From: an uncultured virus (IMG/VR IMGVR_UViG_3300036770_005354)
Taxonomy: Duplodnaviria; Heunggongvirae; Uroviricota; Caudoviricetes
Length of the DNA: 64,000 nt
IMG/VR virus record: IMGVR_UViG_3300036770_005354
Span: 1-64,000 of that record
Direction: 5' to 3' (one strand)
Of this stretch, positions 27,576 to 37,828 are shown in pieces (positions within the stretch are counted from its first letter, which is position 1; every line of letters starts with the position of its first letter). Below the pieces are notes generated by a model, which worked only from the letters and a program-made list of their open reading frames with translations, was not told the DNA's origin and did no database searches. The translations under genes were made by a program, and so were the position numbers.

Positions 27576-29657
27576 ATGACCTCACCTATTTGGATTACAC
27601 CATCGGGATTTTTATTTACTGCTACAGAATTAGTATCAACTTCAACTACATTAGTAGCCTCTGGTACTAATATAACCTATTCTATTTTAAGTGGTAAATT
27701 ACCTGATGGTTTGTCACTAACAACAACCACAGGTATTATTAGTGGCACACCTGAAGTAGTTTCAAATTTAAAAACAAATAAGTTTGTAGTAAGAGCTACC
27801 AATACTTCTGGAATAAGAGATAGAACTTTTATTCTAGATGTCGAAGGTATAAATTCCCCAACGTGGGAAACACAAACAATCATAACGGGTACATCTTTTA
27901 CCCTAACATATAGTACAATTGAAGGTTATCTATCTATAGATGGCGTAAAACCCTATGTGTTTAATAAACAATATATAAACTATCAATTAGAAGCAACAAC
28001 TACCAAATCACCTGACTCTAAAATATCTTATTATGTAGATGGTTTAAGCGATGCGCTGCCCCCAAACTTGGTATTATCTGATTCTGGAGTACTAAGCGGA
28101 ATAATTGATTGTTTTACCGATCTAGACTTAAACACAACTGTAACTACTGCAACAGTATATAATCCAAAAACATATCAATTTTATGTATCTGCATCTGATG
28201 GAATATCAGAATCTAAAAGATTATTCAAATTACTGGTTTTAGATTCTGAAATGTTAAGGTATCATCCTTTAACAACAAGTACTGGTATTGCTATTTTAGA
28301 TGTAAGTTTGAATACACAACCAAAAAGCTACTTGCTACCACCACAATTTATTAATGGTAATAGCTTAGGAACAATAAGAGCAGAAAATTATCAAATATTA
28401 GATGCATCTGCTTATGATCCATCACCCTTTGTAGGAACAATAACATATAATTTGGTAACTGGTACTACAATTACTACTAGATTGCCGCAAAATTTAAATT
28501 TAGATAGAAATACTGGATTTTTATATGGTTATATACCGTATCAACCAGCATATACAATTAACTATAATCTAAATATTAACGCAACAAAATTTGATAGCTT
28601 AACAGGGGTGTCCGTAACCGCATCAAATACATTTACACTAGCTATAAAAGGTCTTGTAGAAAGTTCTATAGAATGGGTTACAACAAGTTCATTCTTAGGC
28701 ACAGTTACTACTGGAGAATTAAGTCATTTATATGTGCAAGCAAAACAGACAATTTCAAATTATGATATAAAATACAGTAAAAAATCTGGAAATTTGCCCG
28801 ATGGTTTAACATTATTATCAGATGGGTCAATAACTGGAAAAGTAAACACTGGGACTTCTGGAACATTTAATTTTGAAGCAGAAGCTAAAGATATATACGA
28901 ATTAAGCGCAATAAATAAAAGTTTCAGTATAAATGTAACAGAAGCATCTAAAAATTATACATCATTATATTTTAAACCATTTTTATCCAAGTCTACAAAA
29001 GATTATTACAGTAATTTTATTAATGATGAGCAAATTTTTGATCCAAAATTACTCTACAGAAATTTAGATCCAGAATTTGGTGTTCAACGAGATATAAAAA
29101 TAATTTTAGAATTTGCCATTGAAAAAGTTGATATAGAAAAATATGCAGAATCATTTGTTAGAAATTTCTATAGAAGAACATTTTATTTTGGTAATATAAA
29201 AACTGCAAGAGCAGAAGATTCAAATGGAAATTATATTTACGATATAGTATATGCTGATGTAATTGACAATTTAGTAAATCAATATAACACAAGTGTTAGT
29301 AGTATAGTATATTTTGATAATATCCAATATTATCCAGCAAGTATCGATAATATGAGAGAACAATTATCAAACATAACTTTAGAAGATTCTGAAAAAATTT
29401 CTATTAATAAAAGTTTCTATCCTAAATTTTTACAGACTTCACAGGATTCAAGCTATAAATCTATAAATTATATGAGATTTATACCATTATGTTATACCTT
29501 ACCAAATGAAGGACAACGAATCGTAAGTAGAATAAAATTGAAAAATTTTGATTTCAAAAAAATTCATCTAGATATAGATAGAGTTATAGTAAAAGAAGAC
29601 AACATCACCAATAAAGAACGGTATTTATTTTTTGGTAAAAGAGATATAAAAAATTAA
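27576..29657 (+). CDS. virion structural protein with Ig-like repeats (possible baseplate component)
   Basis: repeated LP.GL.L...G.ISG segments; Thr-rich; upstream TAAATA. Confidence 0.7.
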   Translation: MTSPIWITPSGFLFTATELVSTSTTLVASGTNITYSILSGKLPDGLSLTTTTGIISGTPEVVSNLKTNKFVVRATNTSGIRDRTFILDVEGINSPTWETQTIITGTSFTLTYSTIEGYLSIDGVKPYVFNKQYINYQLEATTTKSPDSKISYYVDGLSDALPPNLVLSDSGVLSGIIDCFTDLDLNTTVTTATVYNPKTYQFYVSASDGISESKRLFKLLVLDSEMLRYHPLTTSTGIAILDVSLNTQPKSYLLPPQFINGNSLGTIRAENYQILDASAYDPSPFVGTITYNLVTGTTITTRLPQNLNLDRNTGFLYGYIPYQPAYTINYNLNINATKFDSLTGVSVTASNTFTLAIKGLVESSIEWVTTSSFLGTVTTGELSHLYVQAKQTISNYDIKYSKKSGNLPDGLTLLSDGSITGKVNTGTSGTFNFEAEAKDIYELSAINKSFSINVTEASKNYTSLYFKPFLSKSTKDYYSNFINDEQIFDPKLLYRNLDPEFGVQRDIKIILEFAIEKVDIEKYAESFVRNFYRRTFYFGNIKTARAEDSNGNYIYDIVYADVIDNLVNQYNTSVSSIVYFDNIQYYPASIDNMREQLSNITLEDSEKISINKSFYPKFLQTSQDSSYKSINYMRFIPLCYTLPNEGQRIVSRIKLKNFDFKKIHLDIDRVIVKEDNITNKERYLFFGKRDIKN

Positions 29658-29703
29658 ATACCAAATCAAATAAATACATGTAAATTTATGGATATTTAAT
29701 TTT

Positions 29704-32700
29704 ATGACAACAAGAGCCCCATTATCGCAAGTTCTACAAGATCCAGGTTTAACCAATCCAACTGAAGGAGAAACCCTTTTTATTGTTGCAGATTCTGGAG
29801 TTGAACAAAAACTAACGGTTTCACGCGCCAGATTATTGTTAGATACAGTTGGTCCTGCTGGTCCACAAGGTATCCAAGGAAGTCAGGGAGTCCAAGGAGC
29901 ACAAGGGGTTCAAGGTCATCAAGGAGTTCAAGGCCATCAAGGAGTTCAAGGAGAAACTGGATCAAGTGGAGGACCGGGTTCACAGGGTGTTCAAGGGGCA
30001 CAAGGTGTTCAGGGAACACAAGGCGTACAAGGAGCACAAGGTGTTCAGGGAACATCGGGTGTACAAGGAACACAAGGCGTACAAGGAGCACAAGGTGTTC
30101 AAGGTTCTCAAGGTGTAGCTGGGGTACAAGGATCACAAGGTCCAACGGCTACAGTATTTCCAAATATTCAAGGTGGTTCGCAAGGCTCCATTCCAATACA
30201 AGTAGATACTGATGTAACTGCATTCATTAATATAGGTCCACAAAATTATATATTAAAATCAGAAGGTAATACTGCTACATGGGTGTCAACTTCTACGATT
30301 TTTGTTGGAAGAGCAGATAAATCAGACAAATCATTTATAACTTCTTCGGATAATATTTCAGAATATTATCCAACAATGGCTATTGGAATCAATGATTATG
30401 TAACCCCAGTCTCAGATTCTTCTTTAATATTTCAAAGCGATTCAAAAACATTATTAACACCCATATTAAAAGTAACAACTTCAACCAATGCAATAAGTAC
30501 TACTACTGGAGGATTAATTGTAACAGGTGGGGTTGGTATAGGCAAAGATATCCATATAGGTGGAGACATCTATAAAAATGGAGAGCTATACGTCGTAGGT
30601 GGTGGTTCCGGAACACAAGGTGCGCAAGGATTCCAAGGAACACAGGGGCATCAAGGACTTGAAGGAGCACAAGGTTTACCTGCCGAAACAGGAATACAAG
30701 GAGCGCAAGGCTTCCAAGGAGCACAAGGATTTCAAGGAACACAGGGTATAGGTGGTGGACCTGGATCAGATGGAATTCAAGGTGCGCAAGGTTTTCAAGG
30801 GGCGCAAGGATTTCGAGGTGCAACTGGCATTCAAGGGGATCAAGGTTTAGCAGGAATTCAAGGGGCACAAGGATTCCAAGGTACACAAGGGGCTGGGGGA
30901 CAAGGACCACAGGGCGCACAAGGTTTAGAAGGTTTTCAGGGACATCAAGGATTCCAAGGAAATCAAGGATCACAGGGAGAATTAGGATTTACTGGTATTC
31001 AAGGCGCACAAGGATTCCAAGGAAATCAAGGTCATCAGGGATTTCAGGGAACACAAGGTGTAGAAGGTATTCAAGGAGCGCAAGGATTCCAAGGACATCA
31101 GGGATTCCAAGGAGCACAAGGAATAGAAGGCATTCAAGGGGCGCAAGGATTCCAAGGAAATCAAGGCCACCAAGGATTCCAAGGAACACAAGGTGCTGGA
31201 GGCGAAGGACCACAAGGCGCACAAGGAGTAGATGGAGTTCAAGGAGCACAAGGATTCCAAGGACATCAAGGTCATCAGGGTTTCCAAGGAACACAAGGAC
31301 ATGATGGTATTCAAGGAGCACAAGGATTCCAAGGAGCACAGGGATTCCAAGGAGCACAAGGATTCCAAGGTCATGATGGAATCCAAGGAGCACAAGGATT
31401 CCAAGGAACACAGGGCGCTGGAGGACAGGGAGCGCAAGGATTCCAAGGACATCAAGGTTTCCAAGGGACACAAGGATTCCAAGGACATCAAGGTTTTCAA
31501 GGACATCAAGGTTTTCAAGGACATCAAGGTTTCCAAGGGGCGCAAGGATTTCAAGGAAACCAAGGCTTCCAAGGACACCAAGGCTTCCAAGGACATGATG
31601 GAATTCAAGGAGCACAAGGATTTCAAGGAACTCAGGGTGCTGGGGGCGATGGGCCACAAGGCGCACAAGGTTTTCAAGGTCACCAAGGATTCCAAGGTCA
31701 CCAAGGTTTTCAAGGAACTCAGGGTCATCAAGGTTTCCAAGGTCATCAAGGTTTCCAAGGAGCACAAGGACTTAGAGGTGCACCCGGGTTACAAGGTGCT
31801 CAAGGTTTTAATGGCGTACAAGGATCACAAGGTTTTCAAGGAAATCAAGGACATCAGGGATTCCAAGGTGCACAGGGATTCCAAGGAACACAAGGTGCAC
31901 CGAGCGAAGGAGGATTCCAAGGTGCACAGGGATTCCAAGGACATCAAGGATTCCAAGGAAATCAGGGTTTCCAAGGAGCACAAGGATTCCAAGGAACACA
32001 AGGTGCTGGTGGCGAAGGCCCACAAGGCGCACAGGGATTCCAGGGACACCAAGGTTTCCAAGGAAATCAAGGACATCAGGGTTTTCAAGGATCAACTGGA
32101 ATTCAAGGACAACAAGGTATATTAGGAGGAGATGGTCCACCAGGATTACAAGGTGCACAGGGTTCACGTGGATTACCAGGATTTCAAGGAAGTCAAGGAG
32201 CACAAGGATTCCAAGGAACTCAAGGTGATAGTGGGGTAGGCGTTCAAGGTGTTCAGGGTGCAGAAGGGTTCCAAGGAAGTCAAGGAGCACAAGGATTCCA
32301 AGGAGCCGAAGGTAGTCAAGGCCCATCGGGATCAGGGGCACAAGGTCCAGCAGGTTTTCAAGGAAGTCAGGGCGCAGAGGGACTTCAAGGAGCACAAGGC
32401 CCACGTGGATTTCAGGGAAATCAAGGTCATCAAGGATTCCAAGGAAATCAAGGTCATCAAGGATTTCAGGGTGATCGTGGGGCACAAGGATTCCAGGGAC
32501 ATCAAGGATTCCAAGGAAATCAAGGATTCCAAGGGGCACAGGGTCATCAAGGATTTAGAGGACCACAAGGATTACAAGGTCCAGAAGGATTGCAAGGAAG
32601 CCAAGGACATCAAGGATTCCAAGGACGACAGGGACATCAAGGGTTTCAAGGAGCAACCGGCGCAGAAGGTATCCAAGGAGCACAAGGGTTCACTGGTTCT

Positions 32701-33240
32701 GGTTCACCAGGTTCCCCAGGTTCCCAAGGAGCACAGGGATTCCAAGGAGCACAAGGATTCCAAGGACCATCAGGTGCACAAGGACCAAACGGCGCACCAG
32801 GAATACCAGGAACCGCTGGTTCATCTGGACAAGTATTATATAATAGCGGTGGAACTGTAACAAGTTCTTCAAATTTACAATTCAATGGATCAGACCTATA
32901 TGCATCAGGTGAGATTCGAGCAGGTGGAGACATAGTTGCATATTATTCATCAGATAAGAGATTAAAAACCAATATAGAAACAATTTCAAATGCAAAAGAA
33001 AAAATAAAACAAATTTCCGGAATTTTATATAATTGGAATCAGTATGCTGTAAATAAAGATACAAGAACTAGGCAAGCAGGTGTAATTGCCCAAGAAATAG
33101 TTAATGTGTTGCCAGAAGCAGTTATTACAAGAACTGATGGTTACTTAGCAGTTAATTATGAGCAAATAATACCTTTATTAATAGAAGCATTAAAAACATT
33201 AATAAATGAAGTTGAAAATTTAAAAAATAAATCGGAGTAA
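29704..33240 (+). CDS. collagen-like tail/head fibre with C-terminal intramolecular chaperone (peptidase S74-like)
   Basis: long G-X-Q runs; SSDKRLKTNI...YNWN...GVIAQEI..VLPEAV...VNYEQIIPLLIEALK. Confidence 0.9.
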   Translation: MTTRAPLSQVLQDPGLTNPTEGETLFIVADSGVEQKLTVSRARLLLDTVGPAGPQGIQGSQGVQGAQGVQGHQGVQGHQGVQGETGSSGGPGSQGVQGAQGVQGTQGVQGAQGVQGTSGVQGTQGVQGAQGVQGSQGVAGVQGSQGPTATVFPNIQGGSQGSIPIQVDTDVTAFINIGPQNYILKSEGNTATWVSTSTIFVGRADKSDKSFITSSDNISEYYPTMAIGINDYVTPVSDSSLIFQSDSKTLLTPILKVTTSTNAISTTTGGLIVTGGVGIGKDIHIGGDIYKNGELYVVGGGSGTQGAQGFQGTQGHQGLEGAQGLPAETGIQGAQGFQGAQGFQGTQGIGGGPGSDGIQGAQGFQGAQGFRGATGIQGDQGLAGIQGAQGFQGTQGAGGQGPQGAQGLEGFQGHQGFQGNQGSQGELGFTGIQGAQGFQGNQGHQGFQGTQGVEGIQGAQGFQGHQGFQGAQGIEGIQGAQGFQGNQGHQGFQGTQGAGGEGPQGAQGVDGVQGAQGFQGHQGHQGFQGTQGHDGIQGAQGFQGAQGFQGAQGFQGHDGIQGAQGFQGTQGAGGQGAQGFQGHQGFQGTQGFQGHQGFQGHQGFQGHQGFQGAQGFQGNQGFQGHQGFQGHDGIQGAQGFQGTQGAGGDGPQGAQGFQGHQGFQGHQGFQGTQGHQGFQGHQGFQGAQGLRGAPGLQGAQGFNGVQGSQGFQGNQGHQGFQGAQGFQGTQGAPSEGGFQGAQGFQGHQGFQGNQGFQGAQGFQGTQGAGGEGPQGAQGFQGHQGFQGNQGHQGFQGSTGIQGQQGILGGDGPPGLQGAQGSRGLPGFQGSQGAQGFQGTQGDSGVGVQGVQGAEGFQGSQGAQGFQGAEGSQGPSGSGAQGPAGFQGSQGAEGLQGAQGPRGFQGNQGHQGFQGNQGHQGFQGDRGAQGFQGHQGFQGNQGFQGAQGHQGFRGPQGLQGPEGLQGSQGHQGFQGRQGHQGFQGATGAEGIQGAQGFTGSGSPGSPGSQGAQGFQGAQGFQGPSGAQGPNGAPGIPGTAGSSGQVLYNSGGTVTSSSNLQFNGSDLYASGEIRAGGDIVAYYSSDKRLKTNIETISNAKEKIKQISGILYNWNQYAVNKDTRTRQAGVIAQEIVNVLPEAVITRTDGYLAVNYEQIIPLLIEALKTLINEVENLKNKSE
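30610..32829 (+). repeat. 9-nt periodic Gly-X-Gln coding repeat (shorter block at about 29851-30144)
   Basis: caaggattccaaggagcacaagga-type units repeated over about 2.2 kb. Confidence 0.95.
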
Positions 33241-33243
33241 AAA

Positions 33244-33798
33244 GTGTCAACATTAAATACAGCAAGTGTTTTTATTAACAAAATAAATCAAAATTTTCCA
33301 GTATCAGGAAGAGATAATGACACACAAGGATTTAGAGATAATTTCAAAAATATAAGACAAGCATTAATATATACAGATGAAGATGTAGAATATTTAAAAA
33401 TAAATGCGGTTAAATTATCTGAAACTAATAATTTTGGCGATAATATAATAGAACGTGCTTCTTTTAAAGATTGCTCTGATATTGTTTATGATGAAACCGA
33501 AACTATCCAAACTGGTGATGTTGAATTAGATTATTCTAATGGTGGTTTTCAGAAATATAAAATTAGTAGTGGTACACATTCTTTTAGTGTTATAAATTTA
33601 CCCCCAACAAATCGTTCAGGCACAATGATGTTAGCAATTTCAACTGCTAGTACATTTGCAACAACTGTAACATTTTCAGCAGTAAATTTATACAATTATG
33701 GCGCATCTCTACCCGTTACCATCACTGGGCCAAACCCTGCATTATTTCAATTATGGTCCGATGGAGATTCAGACAATCTTTATTTAAAGCAAATATAA
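33244..33798 (+). CDS. putative structural protein
   Basis: GTG start after GGAG; INQNFPVSGRDNDTQGFRDNF. Confidence 0.75.
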   Translation: MSTLNTASVFINKINQNFPVSGRDNDTQGFRDNFKNIRQALIYTDEDVEYLKINAVKLSETNNFGDNIIERASFKDCSDIVYDETETIQTGDVELDYSNGGFQKYKISSGTHSFSVINLPPTNRSGTMMLAISTASTFATTVTFSAVNLYNYGASLPVTITGPNPALFQLWSDGDSDNLYLKQI

Positions 33799-34040
33799 TG
33801 TTTAATCCATTAATTGACAATTTGCATAAACTTAAAGATGATGATATTGAATTAAAAATTCAAGATTTAACTAAAAAATATCATATAGCCGCAAAATGTG
33901 GGCAAGGACAATTGTGTTTACAAATATCTTCTATATTAAATATGTTAAATGATGAGCTAAAAACTAGATATCGTAAACGTATGGAAGATTTAGAAAAAAA
34001 TAAAGACAAAAATCTAGATGGTTTGATTAACATTGATTGA
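33798..34040 (+). CDS. hypothetical protein
   Basis: TAATG-coupled; MFNPLIDNL. Confidence 0.7.
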   Translation: MFNPLIDNLHKLKDDDIELKIQDLTKKYHIAAKCGQGQLCLQISSILNMLNDELKTRYRKRMEDLEKNKDKNLDGLINID

Positions 34041-34066
34041 CAAGATATACCAACATGTGGTATCAT
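34037..34066 (+). promoter_or_regulatory. sigma70-type promoter (probably leaderless)
   Basis: TTGACA-18-TATCAT with extended -10 TG; ATG follows after 6 nt. Confidence 0.6.
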
Positions 34067-34072
34067 GTTTGA

Positions 34073-34591
34073 ATGAAGATAAACTCATATGGTCAAGTAT
34101 CGTTAACTGAAAAAGAAATTTTTGAAGCTATATATACCAAAACTTTAGATTCATTATCAGACGTATATGTTGATGACAAATTCATAAGTGAGTTATTTAA
34201 TAAAAGTAATAAAGACAATTACAACGAGTTTGACGATTTAAATTTTTTTGTTGAATCATCTATATCTCAAGAAGAGTTTGATAAACTTAACCAAAAAAAT
34301 TGGTTTATTCCACCGGATTATAAAGATTTTGATATTATAGAACATTTATATAATATTTGTCCAAAAGAAAATATAAATCGTCTGTCCAAAGAATTAAAGT
34401 TATATGAACAATATAATTTAATAGACTTATTAAAATTTCTTAAATACTTAGTGGATATGATGAAAACTCACAAAATTCCATGGGGAATTGGTAGAGGCAG
34501 TAGTGTATCAAGTTATGTATTATTTTTATTGGAAATACATAAAATAGATTCTGTAAAACACAGGCTTGACATATCCGAATTCTTAAATTAA
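34073..34591 (+). CDS. DNA polymerase III alpha (DnaE)-like fragment
   Basis: RL..EL..Y...GIGRGSSVSSYVLFLLEIHKID matches the DnaE GRGS motif; only 172 aa. Confidence 0.75.
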   Translation: MKINSYGQVSLTEKEIFEAIYTKTLDSLSDVYVDDKFISELFNKSNKDNYNEFDDLNFFVESSISQEEFDKLNQKNWFIPPDYKDFDIIEHLYNICPKENINRLSKELKLYEQYNLIDLLKFLKYLVDMMKTHKIPWGIGRGSSVSSYVLFLLEIHKIDSVKHRLDISEFLN

Positions 34592-34601
34592 AGGAACAAT
34601 T

Positions 34602-34802
34602 ATGAAATATAGAACTATGCAAGGTAAAGAAATTGATTTAGAAAAATTAATGAAAAAGAATGAATTAATGCCAGCTATTGGAAATATGCGGGTAAATGCT
34701 AGAGGCGATGAATTAGGCCCTGGTGGGAAAATCGTAAAAAAGCGTGATGAAATCATGAATGATTATTACGAAACAAATCCAAAGGCTTCACCAAAAAAAT
34801 AA
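34602..34802 (+). CDS. conserved hypothetical protein
   Basis: AAGGA RBS; AIGNMRVNARGDELGPGG. Confidence 0.75.
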   Translation: MKYRTMQGKEIDLEKLMKKNELMPAIGNMRVNARGDELGPGGKIVKKRDEIMNDYYETNPKASPKK

Positions 34803-34814
34803 AACGGAGTTATT

Positions 34815-35153
34815 ATGAAAGTTAAAGGAACAATTTTGCCATTAAAAGATAAAGTTTTAGTTTCAGATATGGATTTCGGAATCGAAAGAACATCTTCTGG
34901 ATTATATATCCCGAGCGATAATGGAAAAAATCAAGGAATCCACCCTAGATGGGGTAAAGTATGGGCAATTGGTCCAGATCAACAAGATGTGAAAATCGGT
35001 GAATGGGTTTTAGTTGAACATGGTAGATGGACTAGAACTATAGAATATGAGGATTCAAACGGCTCAGTTATAGAATTGCGAATGATAGATAATAATGCAA
35101 TAATGATGACCGCTGACAGTAAACCATCTGATATCTATAGATCAGAAAATTAA
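34815..35153 (+). CDS. GroES-like co-chaperonin
   Basis: PLKDKVLV...TSSGLYIP...GKVWAIGP...VKIGEWVLV. Confidence 0.85.
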   Translation: MKVKGTILPLKDKVLVSDMDFGIERTSSGLYIPSDNGKNQGIHPRWGKVWAIGPDQQDVKIGEWVLVEHGRWTRTIEYEDSNGSVIELRMIDNNAIMMTADSKPSDIYRSEN

Positions 35154-35155
35154 AA

Positions 35156-35431
35156 ATGAGTTTAATTAAAAGTATATTATACAAACTGTATAAAAAGTTA
35201 GATAAATCATTTAATGAGATCGGTCCAGAGCCTGCTGACCTTTCATTAGCCCGTTCATCACAAAGAAATTTAGGGTTCAATATTTATATAGCAAAAGGTG
35301 GTATTATAGTTGAATCATTAAGATATGATACTAAAAAACATGAAGAAATATCCTGTCTACATATTGTAAATTCCGAATCAGATTTAGGTGAGACAATTGG
35401 AAAAATTATCACTATGGAATTTTTAAAATAA
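35156..35431 (+). CDS. hypothetical protein
   Basis: 91-aa ORF within the operon. Confidence 0.7.
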   Translation: MSLIKSILYKLYKKLDKSFNEIGPEPADLSLARSSQRNLGFNIYIAKGGIIVESLRYDTKKHEEISCLHIVNSESDLGETIGKIITMEFLK

Positions 35432-35435
35432 TTAT

Positions 35436-36356
35436 ATGATAAAAAAACTTTGGTGTGAAAAATATCGCCCAACAAAACTTTCAGAATATGTTTTTCGTGA
35501 TTCTGCGCAACAACAACAGATTGAAGCATGGGTTAAAGAAAAATATATTCCACACCTTTTGTTCAGTGGTTCACCGGGAGTAGGTAAAACAACTCTGGCA
35601 AAAATTCTAGTCAATGAATTAGAAATAGACAATTTTGATTTTTTAGAACTGAATGCAAGTAGAGAAAATAGTGTAGATACTATAAGAGATAAAATTGTAA
35701 ATTTTGTTGAAAGTATTCCATTTGGTCCATTTAAAGTAGTATTACTAGATGAAGCTGATTTTTTAACTCCAAATGCACAAGCAATTTTACGTGGAGTTAT
35801 GGAAAATTATAGTAATTACAGTAGATTTATTCTAACATGTAATTATTCTAACAAGATAATCCCTGCTATTCATAGTAGATGTCAAGGGTTTCATATCGAA
35901 AAAACTGACCAGACGGAATTTACTGCTAGGGTTGCCACTATTCTAGTTGAAGAACATACAGAATTTAATTTGGATGTGTTAGATACATATGTAAAAGCAA
36001 CTTACCCAGATCTAAGAAAATGTATCAACTTTGTACAACAAAATGTTATAGATAATGTATTATATCTACCAAACAGCAGTGACAAATTTGCAGATGACTA
36101 TAAAATTAAAATGGTAGAACTTTTTAAAAACGGATTAATAAAAGATGCCAGAAAACTATTATGTCAAAATGCTAAACCAGAAGAAATGGAAGATATTTAC
36201 AAATGGATGTATAGAAATATAGATCTATTTGGTGATACCGAAGAGAAAAAAGATTCTGCCATTTTAATCATAAAAGATGGATTAGTAGATCATGCAATCT
36301 GCGCTGATTCAGAACTGAATTTATCAGCAACTTTGATTAAATTATCTAGACTGTAA
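35436..36356 (+). CDS. clamp loader AAA+ subunit (RFC small subunit / T4 gp44-like)
   Basis: WCEKYRP, GSPGVGKT, LNAS, LDEAD, SRC. Confidence 0.95.
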   Translation: MIKKLWCEKYRPTKLSEYVFRDSAQQQQIEAWVKEKYIPHLLFSGSPGVGKTTLAKILVNELEIDNFDFLELNASRENSVDTIRDKIVNFVESIPFGPFKVVLLDEADFLTPNAQAILRGVMENYSNYSRFILTCNYSNKIIPAIHSRCQGFHIEKTDQTEFTARVATILVEEHTEFNLDVLDTYVKATYPDLRKCINFVQQNVIDNVLYLPNSSDKFADDYKIKMVELFKNGLIKDARKLLCQNAKPEEMEDIYKWMYRNIDLFGDTEEKKDSAILIIKDGLVDHAICADSELNLSATLIKLSRL

Positions 36357-36388
36357 AAAGCGGCACAGCAGGTCAATGGCCGCTTTTT
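36355..36388. terminator. bidirectional intrinsic terminator
   Basis: AAAAAGCGGC-N14-GCCGCTTTTT between convergent genes. Confidence 0.8.
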
Positions 36389-36393
36389 ACTTT

Positions 36394-37152
36394 TTAGACG
36401 TCTTCTTTATAAATTTTTAGAATTTCTTTGACTACGGGATGTCTTTCAACGTCTTTTACGTCAAATTTTACCATTCCAATCATTTTATAATTTGTAGCTT
36501 TCGCATATAAATTACAAAATTCTAATAGACCATTTTCTTTTGGTCTATCAGCTTGGTTTAGATCCCCTGTTACAACCATTCTAGAATTTTCCCCAATTCT
36601 AGTTAGTAACATTTTCATTTGACTAGTAGACGTATTTTGACATTCATCTGCTATTATAAATGCATTTTTGAATGTTCTACCTCGCATCATTGCTAATGGT
36701 GCAATTTCAATGATCCCATCTTCGATCATTGCTTGAATTTCTCTAGGGTGATAGTATTCCTCAAATACATCAAAAATTGGGCGAGTCCACGGCTCCATTT
36801 TTTGATTTAATGTCCCCGGCAAAAATCCATGTTCCTCATCAACACTGACAGCTGGGCGTGTTACAATTATTTTTTTAATTGAACCTTCTTTAAGCTGTTT
36901 TATAGCCATTTGTACCGCCAACATAGTTTTTCCGGTTCCTGCTGGCCCTATTGCAAAAACTATGTATAATTTTTGATTTTTAAGTAACTCAATATAAGTT
37001 TCTTGATTTATACTCCTCGGAATTATTAAAACTTCTTGATTTCTTTTTACGTAAGATTTAATTTGTATTAAATTATCTTTTGGCTCTTTTTTTATGAATC
37101 TTGGGTCTTTTTCTAAGAAAAATTCCCTGTCTTTTCTTTTGGCTCTAGGCAA
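36394..37152 (-). CDS. phoH: PhoH-like ATPase
   Basis: GPAGTGKT, TRPAV, GFLPG, MRGRTF, DECQN, LLTRIG, GDLNQ, RHPVV. Confidence 0.95.
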   Translation of the reverse strand: MPRAKRKDREFFLEKDPRFIKKEPKDNLIQIKSYVKRNQEVLIIPRSINQETYIELLKNQKLYIVFAIGPAGTGKTMLAVQMAIKQLKEGSIKKIIVTRPAVSVDEEHGFLPGTLNQKMEPWTRPIFDVFEEYYHPREIQAMIEDGIIEIAPLAMMRGRTFKNAFIIADECQNTSTSQMKMLLTRIGENSRMVVTGDLNQADRPKENGLLEFCNLYAKATNYKMIGMVKFDVKDVERHPVVKEILKIYKEDV

Positions 37153-37276
37153 TTGTAACCTCCTAATTGAATCGACCTACATTTTTATTTAAACATAAAC
37201 AATAAAAAGTATATCAAAACAGTAGAAAAATCGCAAGAATACTTTTTAGGATAAATATTTAATAAAAGAGACCACC

Positions 37277-37828
37277 ATGAAAGACATTATAGATATAATT
37301 AAAAATGTTCAATACATAAATGAAAACAATAATTCACTAAAAATACTTTTAGATTTTGAGAAAGTATTAGATGAATTAAATTTATATGCATTTGATAACT
37401 GGATTGATGGTGAATTGGTAGAAGGTCCAAAAGTATCTAGATACATGATTTCTTGTACTTTTATGTGGCCGACAAAAAAATCACCAGATTCTCACGGATT
37501 GAAAATACTCAGAATGTATGGATGTAAAGTATCATATGAAAAAAATAATATTTTAATTCCTAGAAAAATAAAAGATCCAGATGATTTTAGACCAGGTACA
37601 AAAAAAGGAAAAATAGAAGCACATCCAATATGGTTGGTAACAATTGAAATGCCGAAAAAATTAATTCATGATATTTCAATTGGAAAAGAAAACAAAGAGA
37701 AAGCAAGGATGTCAGAATTCTTAAAATATAATAGTATAGAAACCACAGCCGAAACGATGCAACAAGGACCGGAAGCAAATGAAATCCCACAAACTCCAGC
37801 ACCAGCAGCCCCACCAGCAAATATTTGA
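37277..37828 (+). CDS. conserved hypothetical protein (late)
   Basis: GATAAATA upstream; LLDFEKVLDEL.LY.F.NW..GELVEGP. Confidence 0.8.
   Translation: MKDIIDIIKNVQYINENNNSLKILLDFEKVLDELNLYAFDNWIDGELVEGPKVSRYMISCTFMWPTKKSPDSHGLKILRMYGCKVSYEKNNILIPRKIKDPDDFRPGTKKGKIEAHPIWLVTIEMPKKLIHDISIGKENKEKARMSEFLKYNSIETTAETMQQGPEANEIPQTPAPAAPPANI

Noticed and set aside
29780..32933. Long alternative-frame and antisense ORFs over the collagen gene (e.g. 31232-32125, 30982-31767)
   Set aside because: Shadows of the 9-nt periodic repeat, which lacks stops in several frames.
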